This document shows, piece after piece, positions 13,932 to 26,073 of a stretch of 49,476 bases of DNA; within the stretch, counting starts at the first letter, position 1, and each line of letters starts with the position of its first letter. Source of the DNA: Bigelowiella natans CCMP2755. Lineage: Eukaryota; Protista; Cercozoa. The DNA is taken from assembly GCA_000320545.1 (NCBI GenBank), contig ADNK01001670.1, positions 1-49,476 on the forward strand. Reading direction: 5' to 3'. The notes under the pieces were generated by a model, which made no database searches, was not told the origin of the DNA, and worked only from the letters and a program-made list of their open reading frames with translations. A program made the position numbers and the translations under genes.

Positions 13932-14106
13932 GTGATCTTCAAATATATACCCATCTGTAGAACTTGTAGTCGTCTTGGAACATGCACTCCCCCAAAACAT
14001 GCGAGAAGTGGCCCTATACATAGCACGCGACAGCCCATCAGCAACAGCAGCCCAGTGAAAGAGGAGAAGCATTTAAAAAAAGGATATTATCACACTGACT
14101 AGCTGT

Positions 14107-14142
<36 letters not shown>

Positions 14143-15208
14143 TGCTTTTTGTTAAGTCACAGCGACAATCTACCTTAATGCATATTCTCTCGCATATGGC
14201 AACTGCCACACTCCGAGAAACACCCTCGTGCTTCATCACCCAGTTCACAGCCTCACTCCCTATGAAGCAGCCCTTGTACGTGTCCATGTAATACGTGCGG
14301 TCTTTGACCTTAATACCAAACTCCAAGGAACGCATCATCTTCACCAGCCGATTGAGACTACGGGGAGGGGGGGAGAACAATCGTCGCACAGAGCAGTGAA
14401 AACAGGGAAGTTATGAATGGAAGGGAGTCCTAGGAGGAAAACAAGAGGAGGAAAAGATGGGGGGGGGGGGGGGGGGGGATAGTCCTACTACGCACTCACC
14501 GACGAGACTGGTGCTCTGTTTGAATCATATAGCTCTTATTCTCACTCGATCGTCGGCAATGCGTGGAAATCGCCTGCCTTAATTCCCTTGAAACGTCCAG
14601 TGGGAAAGGACATTCCTTTGAAGCCCTAGCATTAGCGCCGGGTATCCATAGCGCGTCTCTTAAAGCTACGATTTGTTCAGAACAACAATATCTCACAACA
14701 AATATCTTTGACGATACGGGTTTTGAAGGAAATAACTTAGAGAAAGAGCAGAGGGGCATCATGTTTCTTCCTATGTTACACAAGATTGTCTAATTATACA
14801 TGTCGCTGCTGCAACCGTTACGTTGTCGCTGCTGCAACCGTTACGTTGAAGGTGTATTGAAAAGCTTCATCGTCATCATCGTCATCATCGTCATCATCAT
14901 TACTATCACCTTTAAGGATGGGCGTATCTTTGGGAATGACACAATACAAGTTGTTGTCCACATCGACTACGAGCATATCGTACCTGGTAGTGGTTGTAGT
15001 AGTATTTATACATTAGTATCATAAACCAAAAGTGCTTTTAGGAGAGGAGGAAGAGGAGGAGGAGGAGGAGGAGGAGGAGGAGGAGTGTGAATGTCTTTAG
15101 TACTGGTGCATAGCATCTTCCTCCACGTTTTGGTAGATGTGGTCCCTCAACGCGCCGAAGAAAAACGGCTGAATGCTCTGCAATACCGTCTTACAGTACC
15201 TGAAGAAA

Positions 15209-15245
<37 letters not shown>

Positions 15246-18200
15246 GAGCGAAGAGGAAGAAGAAGAAGGGATAAAGTTAAAGAGGCAATTTCTTTTCCAA
15301 GTGTCTATAGAGGGGCTCTTGGCCGAGATGAATACTCATCAACGGAATCGACGAAGACAAGCAGCGCGCTCTTACTCGGGTGCCAGGAAGGTGTGGTACG
15401 TCGGAAACTGCCACGACACCGGGTACAGCAGGGCCCGTGCACACTCCACGCAGTACGTCAGCTTCGATATGCTCTTGGAGACGATCAGCACCGAGTGCTC
15501 GACGGAGAGCTGGTTTAATATCATCACGACGAGGGATGCATCGAGTCTACGCAGCAGGAAAGTGAGGTCCATGTCCAGCAAGGTATCGCAGCACTCCTTG
15601 TCGTCCTCGGGTATTCTCAAAGGCTGGTGCTTGCGTAACCCCCCTGGCATCTTGAGGAGGCCTCCAGGAGGTGGAATCGTCAGGTTCTTCACCATGCTCC
15701 ACACCTCGGCGACTGTTGATGATGTGGCGCCAACGATGATGGTGAGGAGGAGGAGGAGGAGGAGGAGGAGGAGGAGGAGGAGGAGGAGGAAGAGGAGGAG
15801 GAAAATAAATGAGGAGAACAGCATAAACATGGGGAGGGAGAGGTGAGTAGTAGCTCAACTATCTATCTTAGTGATGATGTGAATATCTTTGTTGGGTACT
15901 TTTGAAACGACCAAACTGATACTTCCCGCCTCCCCCCCTCTCTCTTTTCTTATTCCTCGCGCGCAACAAAATAGATCGTTTTAATGCCCCTCACCTATAG
16001 GGGGCGTGATGTCGTCCACTGGCCCCTTCTTCTTTTCGCCGTCTCCCTTGTTGAAGAAGTCTTTGAGGAAGGAAATCATGGTGTCGTGGAAGGGGTGCTT
16101 TGTTATCAGTACGAGGGAATACGGAGCGTACACGTCGTTATCACCGAGCTGATTCATATTTCGAAATTCTTCCGAACACTCAAAGAAGTCCTGCAGGCAA
16201 ATAGCCCACACGCGCTGCTGGTTGCGAACGTACTGGATTTCTCGAGCTGTGAGCATCTTGTACCTAGACGAAGAGAATATATATTATGTTTATTGTCATG
16301 GTGCGTGCGGTAGTGATGATTGGTGGAGGGATTATAAGTCAGTGATGATACTATAGGATGATGATAATTTCATGATGACGCTGATTATGATGGTAGAGTA
16401 TTATAAGGGAAATAGTGTGGTCAATCTACTCAACACGCATTTCTCCTCCCTTAACTATCCATAGGCTCCTTCTCAACAACGCAATCAACATATCCCACCC
16501 CCCACCCCTCAAAATGTCATACAATTTTCGCGAAACCAGCCGCACATACTGACTGACTGACTGACTGACTGACTGACTGACTGACGCACTTTGTCACGCA
16601 GTAGCAGTAGTAGTCCTGGGCACCACGGTACTGCTTACTAACGAACATGTGAAGGGACGTGCTACGAAGAGATCGTCGCGACTCAGCAGTAGTCCTAATC
16701 TTGAGTTTGCATCCGTCCGGCCACGCACCCATGGGGATGTAGTTGAGCACATCCTCGTTGATGGACGTGCGCTGAGGAACGACCGTCCTCCTCGCTCGGA
16801 GTGCCGTGTTTTTATCAACGAGCAGGGGTTTATAGTGGGCGTTCACCTCTTGCTCGAATTTGCTTCGGATGTGCTTTGCGAGCTCCTCTTTGTGCTTGGT
16901 GGTGAGTAGGTTGGAGGAGGAGGATGTGCCACTACTACCAGAGCCCGCCCCGGTGCTACTTGCCCCTGACGACTGCCCGCCGCCTAGCCCCCCCCCTCCT
17001 GGTTTCTTTACGCTCGAAGACAGGCGGAACTTTTGTCGCTCCTCGTTGACTCGATGCACAATTGACTCCACGCCTTCGCGGGTCAGCGCTGGCGTTTCGT
17101 GGAAGTGGGAGGGGTCGGGTTCCAGGTACACCGCACACAAAACCAGACTCTCCTTCTCTGGGTCGTCGTCGATGTATGAGGGGCTCTGCTGGCGAAGAAA
17201 CTGCACTACGTTGTCGCTACTTGACCGCATCAACTCCACCTTAGGGGGGCCGGGCGCCTTCGTGGACGGAGAGTCGGGAGATCTTCGGAGTTTGCTAGTA
17301 TTCTGCAAGCTAATAGAACTTTGCAATGAAGGCCCTGCTGATACTGTGGATGTAGGGGTGCTGCAGTCTACCAACCCTTTCTCGTCTATCACCTCAAGCT
17401 CTTCTCCTTCCTTCACCCCTATCGAATGTTTCTGAACGTCCTTCTCGTCATCAGATGGCTTAGAGGGTGACGTAGTCGCGCCTGTCGTCGTCGTCTCTGC
17501 CTCGTCCTCCATCTTCTTTATCGCTACAAGCTCCATGCCCTAATGCAGATGGATATATCCTTAAGAATGATGAAACTATACAATCTAATTTTGAATGATG
17601 ATGATGATGATGATGATGATGATGGTTATGATGAAATCAGTTTGACAAAGGGATTAATGGATGCGAGTCTGCGAGCAAAGACATAGCGGTGCGGCAACAT
17701 CCACAACAACACTCTACACAGAGAAAAGGCGATCGTGCCGTAGAGTGAAACCTCCCTCGGTTCGAGTGGTTAAGAATAAGTTCCCACTGCTACTACTGTT
17801 GGTTCTTTCATAATGAGGTGGGAAAAAATGATGGTGTCGGTTTTACCGCTTCTTCTTCCAAAATTGATGGGGAGGATGGCACTTTCATTTGGTTGAAAGG
17901 TGATTTGCGAGTATTCTGGCCTTTCTCGGTGCTACCATCATTATTTTCATGGATAACATGGCTTTTCACGTCCTCCCCCCTAGGGCTTCGGTTGCCAGCG
18001 GGCGTAACTGGAGTGCAGGGGTGGGGGGTGAGACCTGCATTCGAATGCAATGGGGTCGTACTGCTGGAAATAGTCGGCCGTCTCCTGAAAGAGGACGATG
18101 ATGCGGAAGACGAATGAAGCATCGACTTTGATCGATCCGGGGTGTAGCTACGGGAGGAAGAGGAACGCTTTGGCGGCGGGGACTGATGATGATGACGATA

Positions 18201-18645
18201 ATGGTGTTGATGTCAGGATCACAAATTAATTACAACGACAGTTGCATGGCGACCATCGGTTCAGTCGAGAGTGGGTAGAAAATCATGAGTTACAAAGTAT
18301 CAAGATCGAAATTGTTGCATGGCTGTTGATAAACTCTCATCTTCTCAGCAAACTTGTTTTGCAAGGATGATCATCCTCTTCCTTGTATTTTTGCACGTGC
18401 TCATATCGAGGAAAAGGTAACACGCTTCTGCTATGGTGATAAAATAGTTACTTTATAGGTTCTGATGGCCGATGTCAAGAACTCAGACAGTGACATTCCC
18501 TCTCCCTCCTACATCACCAGTAGCAGTAAGGAAGAAAAAATAAATAAACAAACATAATTTACAAGGGCTCATGCAGCTAGATATGCGTAATTACTTGCTT
18601 TGAAAAATGACCAATATTGCCCCATGTCGCATGCATAGATGCGTT

Positions 18646-18689
<44 letters not shown>

Positions 18690-18784
18690 GAACATAAAAG
18701 GCTGATGCTGCATATAGAAAGAAACCACCTGATCATCCCCATCCGCGCCTTTTTCTGCAACAAAATAAACTCATTTACATCATA

Positions 18785-18822
<38 letters not shown>

Positions 18823-20400
18823 CACACATGTACACACAGTTTCATAGGATAAGTATATATGTTGGAAACCGCCCTGATATTGATTCCCGTACGAAAAAGT
18901 AATGTTATAGTTTCAATGATCATTGTCGCTAGTAAACAATTTTCTCCTCCTTACTTACTCTCCCTCCTTCTCTGTCAAGAACTCGATGCATCATCATCAT
19001 CATCGTCGTCATCACAATCATCATCGCTTCTGTTGCACGCACCTAAGACCTCGGAAACCTTGCATTCATTATTCTGGTTGTCGATCGCTAATGGAATGGT
19101 CTAGGAGCAACGAGGCAACACAACTTCGTGATGACGACTTCCATTGTTGAATTTGACACTATATGCATGCTATACCAATGACTTAAAGGAAAAGAGGCGA
19201 AAGAGAAACAATTGACGGGAGGGAGGGGGGGCGAGAAATCTAATTACGTAAACGCTTCCAGGATTGTCCAAGTTCTCAACCTGGATTATAGTGACTATCG
19301 TTAGTGTTAAGAACCAGTAATATAAAACATATGGCAGTGGCCCTTGTGTAGCTATGTAATTGGGAAGCAAGAGAAGTAATGTATGAAATTCAATTCAGAT
19401 ATTAAATACAAAATTACCGTCACAAAATAGCGCGCGGACGGGGTCAAGTGGGTCAGCGACCATTTCCCGCCCTTTTTTAAAATCTAGACGATAAATCACC
19501 AAGGAAATGAGAGATTATGTCATAACAAATGAAATGAACCAAAAAAACAAATGGCATCGAGTAAGAGGTATATGAACCAGCAGCACCTTGACTGTCTCTT
19601 TGACGGAGTCAGGCCTTGTTTCAGAACCCCCTGATTCTTCTCGGATCCTCACCTCGGCCCTTTTAGAAAATCAATTCAAATGATGTATCGCACACTAATT
19701 ACACCAATTGCAATAAAAATCGCTAAGCCGCAAGCTTATGTCTGCCTAAATGCGCGCGGGTGTGTGTGAGTGTGTGTATGTGTGCACTTTCGCGCTTGCG
19801 CCAATCCTGCATATTTTAAGGGTGTGTAGAATAAAAACTGAGCAACGTTGCATTAAGTACGCTTCCGCAAAAGGGGAGGGGACGACAACATACCGGAAGT
19901 CTCTGTCGTTGATTATGGAGACAGCTTTACCCATTTCTCTACAACAGTAATAGAAAAGCACACCACAGAAGAATGGACATTAATTAATCTGTGTGCACGA
20001 ATTCATGGAAGGATATATTAGAACTGTAATCAATGTATGACTTTTGAGATTAATTTACGTCCTGCATAGGACTCATTAGGCTAAGTATTATGGAGTGATT
20101 ATCTGACCAGCGTGCCGGACCAAATCCTCCTTTCTCCCCAATCCTCTCTTAGGAGCAGGATAAAGATGGTGTGCGTTGCTCCTGCAAGACCTCTCTCACT
20201 GAGAAACATGGACATTAATATTACTCGTGTCGGGCCAACATGTGTTCCTTATTCACCACACAAAAACCAGCAAAGAATTTATGGAAGAATATTCAATGCA
20301 AACCTGCGTCTATTCCCCTCTCCAAATATTTCTTCGAGTTCGGAGACTCAGGCCGGAGGTGGGGGGAGGTGTAGTATCAGTCGAACTTTTAAAGTAGGGG
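5569..20400 (-). CDS. Large multi-exon DENN-domain (Rab-GEF family) protein with 2 DEP domains, a C2-like domain, a DUF3011-like insert and C-terminal LRRs; possible N-terminal FN3-like region
   Basis: uDENN (IPMGAWPDG, YYCYCVT, YAPYSLVLITKHPF) at ~16000-17150; cDENN (DLTFLLRRL..HSVLIVSKSISKLT..LLYPVSWQFPTY) at 15372-15720; DEP1 (VKDRTYYMDTYKGCFIGSEAVNWV..FSHVLGECMFQDDYKFYR) at ~13950-14345; DEP2 (TGQSLVDWM..RAEAVQIGEGL..KFSDS) at ~13340-13613; dDENN (FLKMLNGYEYF, FLKQFCQTQAFAGFV) at ~11180-11640; RI-like LRRs at 7540-9312. The 5' end (possibly to ~20880) and the last exons are approximate. Confidence 0.85.
7540..9312 (-). other. Ribonuclease-inhibitor-type leucine-rich repeat exons of the DENN gene
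   Basis: LDLSDNDF, LDLSRNAL, NTSLTCLKL, NQSLVWLELAQNEIGPRGAAALA, LNLRGNQI, NTSLKSLNI, SLRTLDIGSNKF and NSTLTSLQM occur in phase-0-joined exons. Confidence 0.9.
7710..7985. repeat. Compound intronic microsatellite (GAT)n-(CA)n(TA)n(TG)n-(CT)n
   Basis: Read directly; representative of dozens of intronic SSRs (e.g. 6327-6362 TA, 7381-7424 GA, 10156-10200 GA, 15745-15800 GGA, 40408-40485 TG/GA). Confidence 0.95.
14801..14846. repeat. 23-bp perfect tandem duplication (intronic)
   Basis: tgtcgctgctgcaaccgttacgt x2. Confidence 0.9.
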
Positions 20401-21069
20401 TCATATTGTTATGCACCTGCGACAAGGATTGTACCACTAATTATTTCCGAAATCGCATTCATTTTATATTAATATTCTTGCTGAACAAAGATATCTATCT
20501 AAATTAGACACATTTTTTAAGGTTATCATTGCGTCAAAGCGTCAGAGTGTTTTTGACACCGTAAGGGTTGATGTTGTGCTGTTTACATCCGATTGCACAA
20601 GTGCATACTTCGATGTTCTCCGCTCTATTTATTGCCACTATCTACACGTGCGCCGGCGGAGTTTGCATTTCTCAAAATGGCGTGCCAACTGACCAAGTCG
20701 CAGGTTCGAGCACCACCGCAACACCGTGGGGAGGATGTTCTGAGAGAGAGAGAAGAGAGGGGGAAGGAGAATGATGATGTATTGCGCAGCCTGAATGAAG
20801 GAAGGAATGTATGAGAGCGGTGTGAAAGTGGAGGCATCGCGGAACATGATTCTTTGTCAAATGAGTGGTTCATGGCCATAAAATATCAAATGTTATGATA
20901 CTTTTTACCATGACCCGCTGCCGTCTAACTAATTTCGTATCCAAGTGAATCCATCTACTCAATACAATAACTTGGATGTTTCTTTTCACTTTTTCTTATC
21001 TGTGAAGTAAATCGTCACTTCACAAAAGCGCAAGTTCCGTTATTTTTTTCCATTTTTTATTTTCCCTCC

Positions 21070-22349
21070 ATGGGGCAGCTGCCCGCCTTTATTCTTTGGG
21101 GGTCTTTATTAGTGCCATTCTGTGGTTGAGAACGGCTTAAACATACGCATGGGGCTGAGGCATTGTTACTCCTACTCCCACATTCAGGTACTTAAGCTGG
21201 GTTACCTCACGATATTGCTGACATCCGTCGGGTAAAAAGGAGCTCAAAAGGAGTGAAATAAAACATTGAATATTGTTGAACAAAAGAATTGCACGAATGG
21301 TCCCGTTTACATTATATACACGCTAGGTATGTAATCGCATGCTGGGCAAGTGCAGCACAATTTGAAGGCGAAGATGATAAAGAAACATCAAGGTCATTAG
21401 CTGTCATAGAATAAGCACTTACTCCATATAGATTTCTTAATTGTGTTTCTACTTATATCTGCCCAGGTTCAAATTTATTGCCGTGTGGACATCGATTATG
21501 GTGATCATCTCGTCCCTCTTTATGGTACCTCAACAGCCGTAGATAAGAGAAAGATGTGAGCTCCGTGTGCATGGCACTGTCGAGGATGATAACAATTATA
21601 ATTCCACTTTCGCGGAGATAATGGGTTCTCAGGCATGCATTCACATTCAACTGCCAGATTTATACACTATTCTTCCAAGCGGGACAAACAGGCAACCCTG
21701 TGGCAGAGGTACTGTTTGAGTTCGAGGGAGCTTGTTCTTTGCAGCTGTAGCTAACTATGTTTCTTTGCATGATCCTAATTACCTTATAACCGATATAGCA
21801 GAGCGACTTTGATAGTAGTTTTATTTTGTCATTGAAGAAAACTGAGCGTTCTGCAATTCAGCAGGCTATATTTTCGCTGATATTAACAGTTTCTTTCGAT
21901 TAGGCATACATTGGGGCATCCTTGGCGATGCTATTTATGATGTGTAATTCTTCGATAATAGCCATGGTAGGAACCGATCCTTCAAGAAATCCTACTGCGT
22001 TAAATCGCAACTATCCATCTATCAATCCGTGTGTGTGTGTGTGTGTGTTTGTGTGTGTGAAAATTACATATCATTTTAGTTTGATTTTATGAAGGACAAA
22101 TTGGTTGTGATGACACTCTTTTATGATTGTACTACCCCTTCAGGTTCAATGGGGTGATCCAGATGTTGGAGGCGGAACCAACAAAGCTTCATATCAAGCA
22201 CTCAGCGCCATGGCGGCTATATACGCATTTTTTAGCTTCCTTCAGGTCCTACCAAATAATTCAGGCAGTGATTTTTTAAAGAGATCAGAACGAACTTTTG
22301 TATCTGATGAGCAAAATGAAAGTCGCTATGTACTTTTGATATAGATCTG

Positions 22350-22385
<36 letters not shown>

Positions 22386-22540
22386 AATATGTGGCGCGTA
22401 ATCTTAACCGAATCATATCCTCAGTTACATGGCCTCATCGTCATCACCATCTCACCATCATTTGATATATCCATTAGCTGATACTCCTATTCATATGGCA
22501 TGGTCCGTGTGCTGCGAGGGAAGAGTCCGGATCAATTTAA
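21070..22540 (+). CDS. Small four-transmembrane protein of unknown function, ~8 exons
   Basis: Joined exons read MGQLPAFILWGSLL|VLKLGYLTILLTSVG|YVIACWASAAQFEGEDDKETSR|FKFIAVWTSIMVIISSLFM|IYTLFFQAGQTGNPVAE|AYIGASLAMLFMMCNSSIIAM|VQWGDPDVGGGTNKASYQALSAMAAIYAFFSFLQ|LILLFIWHG...*, with consistent phases. It is largely missed by the ORF track. First and last exons are less certain. Confidence 0.7.
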
Positions 22541-22719
22541 AGAAGGGAGAAGAAGGAAGGTCAAGTTTTACCAAATGGGATATGATCTATCTGACAGATG
22601 GGCATTGTGAATTTTCATCACCTTTGCTCATAAAAAGGATTTGATTGTTAAGGAAGTGCATGCTGACTTTGGTTTATCTGAACGCCGATGAGAGGATTCA
22701 ATCCAATCTAAGACAATCG

Positions 22720-23760
22720 ATGGCTAATGGCTAGCATGATGTGTGCATGATTATATGCGCACACTTATTTTGATGAAAATATATCTAAGCTGTCATTGGA
22801 AAGCAAATGAATGACTGACTGGCGCTTTGAGAGGCAGTTGACTCACAAAAGCTAGACCATCTCTTCATTTGCACGCGCGTGCGCACATGTGTGGCTAGAC
22901 GCTGTCCCCCCCGCCCTGCTGCTGGTAAAGGTCGCATATAGCCACATCGCACATGACATTTTACATTGTGACTCCAAACCGAGACTTGTTGTGTGAGATG
23001 TACATGGCTAGATGGGCGACGCCATTACTAGATTGTCATAAATGCACATTGCGAATGTACGCTGTTGGCAGAATGAACGATGATGCCATTGGCAATGGTG
23101 TTGACATTGACAAATGCCATGGCTGGCTCTGCTAGGGCTAGCTGGGCTTTGAAATCGCGCTTGTGTTCAATTCACCATTGTTGGGTGTCATGTGCAAATG
23201 GGAAATTGAAGACTGTCTCATTAATGTGTATATGTCTTTCGAGTGCCTGCCACCAACGTTTGCTAGATCCATGCACATGGCACCCATTGCATGCCTACAC
23301 CTGCTAGCCTGGCTAGCTGGTCGCCTGCCAACGACAATCGAATTCTTTGCCCAATTGCCCATTGTTCCAGCATTGGCACCGCCTTCTTGCCCGACTCGAC
23401 CGTTCCTGGATGAGCTGCAATTGCAAGCACATCTAGATGCGATGTGACACAAGTGGCACCAGCTAGCTAGCGTTGCGTCCCCTAGCTGCGTGCGCATGCT
23501 GATGAGCAAGGCCACGATCTGCGTGCAGGCATGCCAGCGTGCCAATTAACAAATTGCCAGATTGGGGCATGCTAGCATGCACTTTGCATGCATTGCAATC
23601 GAGGGCAATTTGTCCGCCGGACGATCACTACCATGATTTCTGTCACCACTACCATTGTTACTTGACAAAAGACACACTGTTCACACCACAGATGCACAAT
23701 GTGCACACACTGTGTCTGTGCATCTGTGGTCTTAGCAAGAAATGCCATGCTTGTACATTG
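22720..23760. pseudogene. CTAG/TGCA/CATG-rich island in convergent spacer 2, containing a probable decayed reading frame
   Basis: Dense gctagc, tgca and catg. The + frame 22929-23549 has only three internal stops (TAG, TAG, TGA) and excess Cys/His/Met. Confidence 0.5.
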
Positions 23761-23774
23761 AGCATTTTTCGGTT

Positions 23775-25184
23775 TCAGTGCTCCAAATTCACATCCGGCG
23801 ACACACGGAATTCTTGTCGCACTATACAGATATGCTCATGTCGCAGAAAATTAATTACCTATATTTCGGTTAATTAAGATGTTTGTGAAGTAAGTCAGTA
23901 GTAGCACAAAACGATGCCTCAGATGCCCAAAATAATCAGTTAATAGACCTACCGCACGAAAGCCCCTTGGCTGGACTAGAGCGCCATTGGATTGGCACGC
24001 TATAGCGTAAACCAATCGCTCGTAACAAAATAGAACTCGCAATTCGAATAAAAATGGGGTTGATGTGCTCCTCGTCGTCGACTGGTGTCAGTTCCACAAT
24101 GACACCTTCCCGGGGGCATAAGCGAGTTCTTCGCCCAAAAAACTTCACTGGAAAGGGTAACAAACGAAAAAAGTTGAGTGATATACGCAGCCTGCTGCTT
24201 GAAGTCAAAGATATTTGTCTCAGAGTTATACCGAATCACCTATCGATCTCGCCATCGGTCGGGCATGACCACAAAAGATATCGACGATGTTGTCGAGAGG
24301 GCAGCGCTCCATAACGAAAGTGCCAAGATTGGAGGATCACTTTGGTAGCGACATCATTTAATGTACATAGAATTCTTAAACACCCAAATAAGTCGATATC
24401 TTCACACTAAAGTAAGCTATGTTTTAATTTGAGAAAATATTCTTTTGCATGACACGAAGGATCAATGAAAAGACAAAATCAGTACGACAGGTTCTTGGCA
24501 TGTCACTTTTTCTCCTTATTGAAAGCACACGCACAAACACGTATCTCTTGTAGGTCTTGGAAGGGCTCCACATGGACATCGAGCCGCTGGTTGAGGTACC
24601 TAAATTTATTAAAGCAGACCATAAATGAATGCTGCACTCGCACCACACATTAATCAGTTTTGCTATCTACATTCGTCGGAATATTTATGCCACAGTCACT
24701 TCCTTTAAAACTTAGCGAATTGCTAATGATCCACGTCATCACAAGTTCTTCATAGAGAGGGAAGAATTTCCCTCAGCGCGTTTCTATCCCAAGTGGGGAG
24801 GTAGTACTATTTTGTTACTACTTATAGCGACTGTGTTATTGGTAGTTGCATTTCCTTCATTTCCCTATACACGCATCCTCCCAGTTTTCTTTCACGAGTG
24901 AGCGACCCAGTTGGAAGAGCAAATGGTTGTATTCCTAACATGGCACTATGAGAGAGTTGTCCTTCCTCAGGAATGGTGTTGGCTCGTAGCTGTAGCAGCA
25001 GCAGCATTGTTAGCGTGTCCTCTGCCTCGGCAGCTTCTGCAGTGATAGGGGGTCACAGGACGGAATCCAAAAGGAACAAAAGTTGGGGGGGGGGGTCAAA
25101 GAATGCCGGTGCGGCGCAAGAGCTGATTGTTCGCCATCACCTCAGGTCAAATGTAGTGGCATTAAATCGGCTTAAATGATCCAT
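23775..25184 (-). CDS. Multi-exon hypothetical protein
   Basis: Candidate GT-AG exons give MDHLSRFNATTFDL, EYNHLLFQLGRSLVKENWEDAW, KFFPLYEELVMTWII, EGVIVELTPVDDEEHINPIFIR and VRQEFRVSPDVNLEH*. Not all phases are resolved and no family was recognised. Confidence 0.45.
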
Positions 25185-25351
25185 ATTGTGGGAAATATTG
25201 TCTCTTCATCGGAATTACTCTTGTTCTCTCTCTCTTTTTCTTTCCGCCTCTAACCTCCTTGACACGCACACACGCACGCACACATACTTACTGGAACTCG
25301 CACGGTAGTAAACATTCCCCAACAACTTACAAACTAGCTTTCAAACGGAGG

Positions 25352-26032
25352 ATGGCCAGCTTCTACAGCAACTTGCCCTTCAGGTAGGCAAATGAGTCAT
25401 ATACAGGCCAATTTATAAAGAATAATAAGCATGTTGAATGGGATAAGATGGCAAAATACTCTCTTTCCTCGCCTGTTTCTCCCGATCAAGAGCGCCTCAA
25501 CCACTACGCAAAGAACTATCAAAAGCCCCAGCTTAACTATCCTCCTTCCTCGAAATCCCCTACCCCTACATTTTGGCTGTGATAATTCAATCAGCGTGCA
25601 TTGACCGTGTTCCCAAGATCAAGCGTTGGAGGATTGTTCATCTTCAACAAATACGTATCGAAACACCAAGCTGCCCATACCCACAGATTTCCACGTATGT
25701 ACTCATCGTCAACTTATTATGTTACTCTGCAACTCTCTTGTACAGGAAGCCGAAATCATTCTTGAGGGCCAGCAGGTACTCAGTGAGACTGCATGTGATA
25801 ATGTTCCTTGTAGTATTTGCTTCTCAAACGGTGCGGAGGGATAGGTGGATGTAACAACACGTATGCCTGAATGGTGTTGGATTACAACTGATTTGAAATT
25901 CGATGTCGTGCAATGTTATCAGGAGACGCTAGAAGAGATTTCAAACCAAATCAACGCTCATAAGAGGTATCTGTGCGAGGATTGTAAACAGCGTGGTTGT
26001 GTGTATGTGTGTGTGTGTGTGGGTATGTGTGC

Positions 26033-26073
<41 letters not shown>

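Noticed and set aside
14801-14846. Direct repeats here and at 318-353 as a possible CRISPR array or target-site duplication
   Set aside because: Only two adjacent copies with no spacer or intervening element; simple slippage duplications.
15091-15858. Long antisense and low-complexity ORFs here and elsewhere (e.g. 7693-8038, 16860-17435, 42346-42831, 46428-46949)
   Set aside because: Shadows of real coding exons on the other strand, or microsatellite translations (poly-R, poly-P, YI, LS, CV, HT).
19436-19478. GC-rich hairpin followed by T6, resembling a terminator or Pol III RNA end
   Set aside because: Better explained as the minus-strand exon GGKWSLTHLTPSARYFVT with a canonical acceptor and donor.
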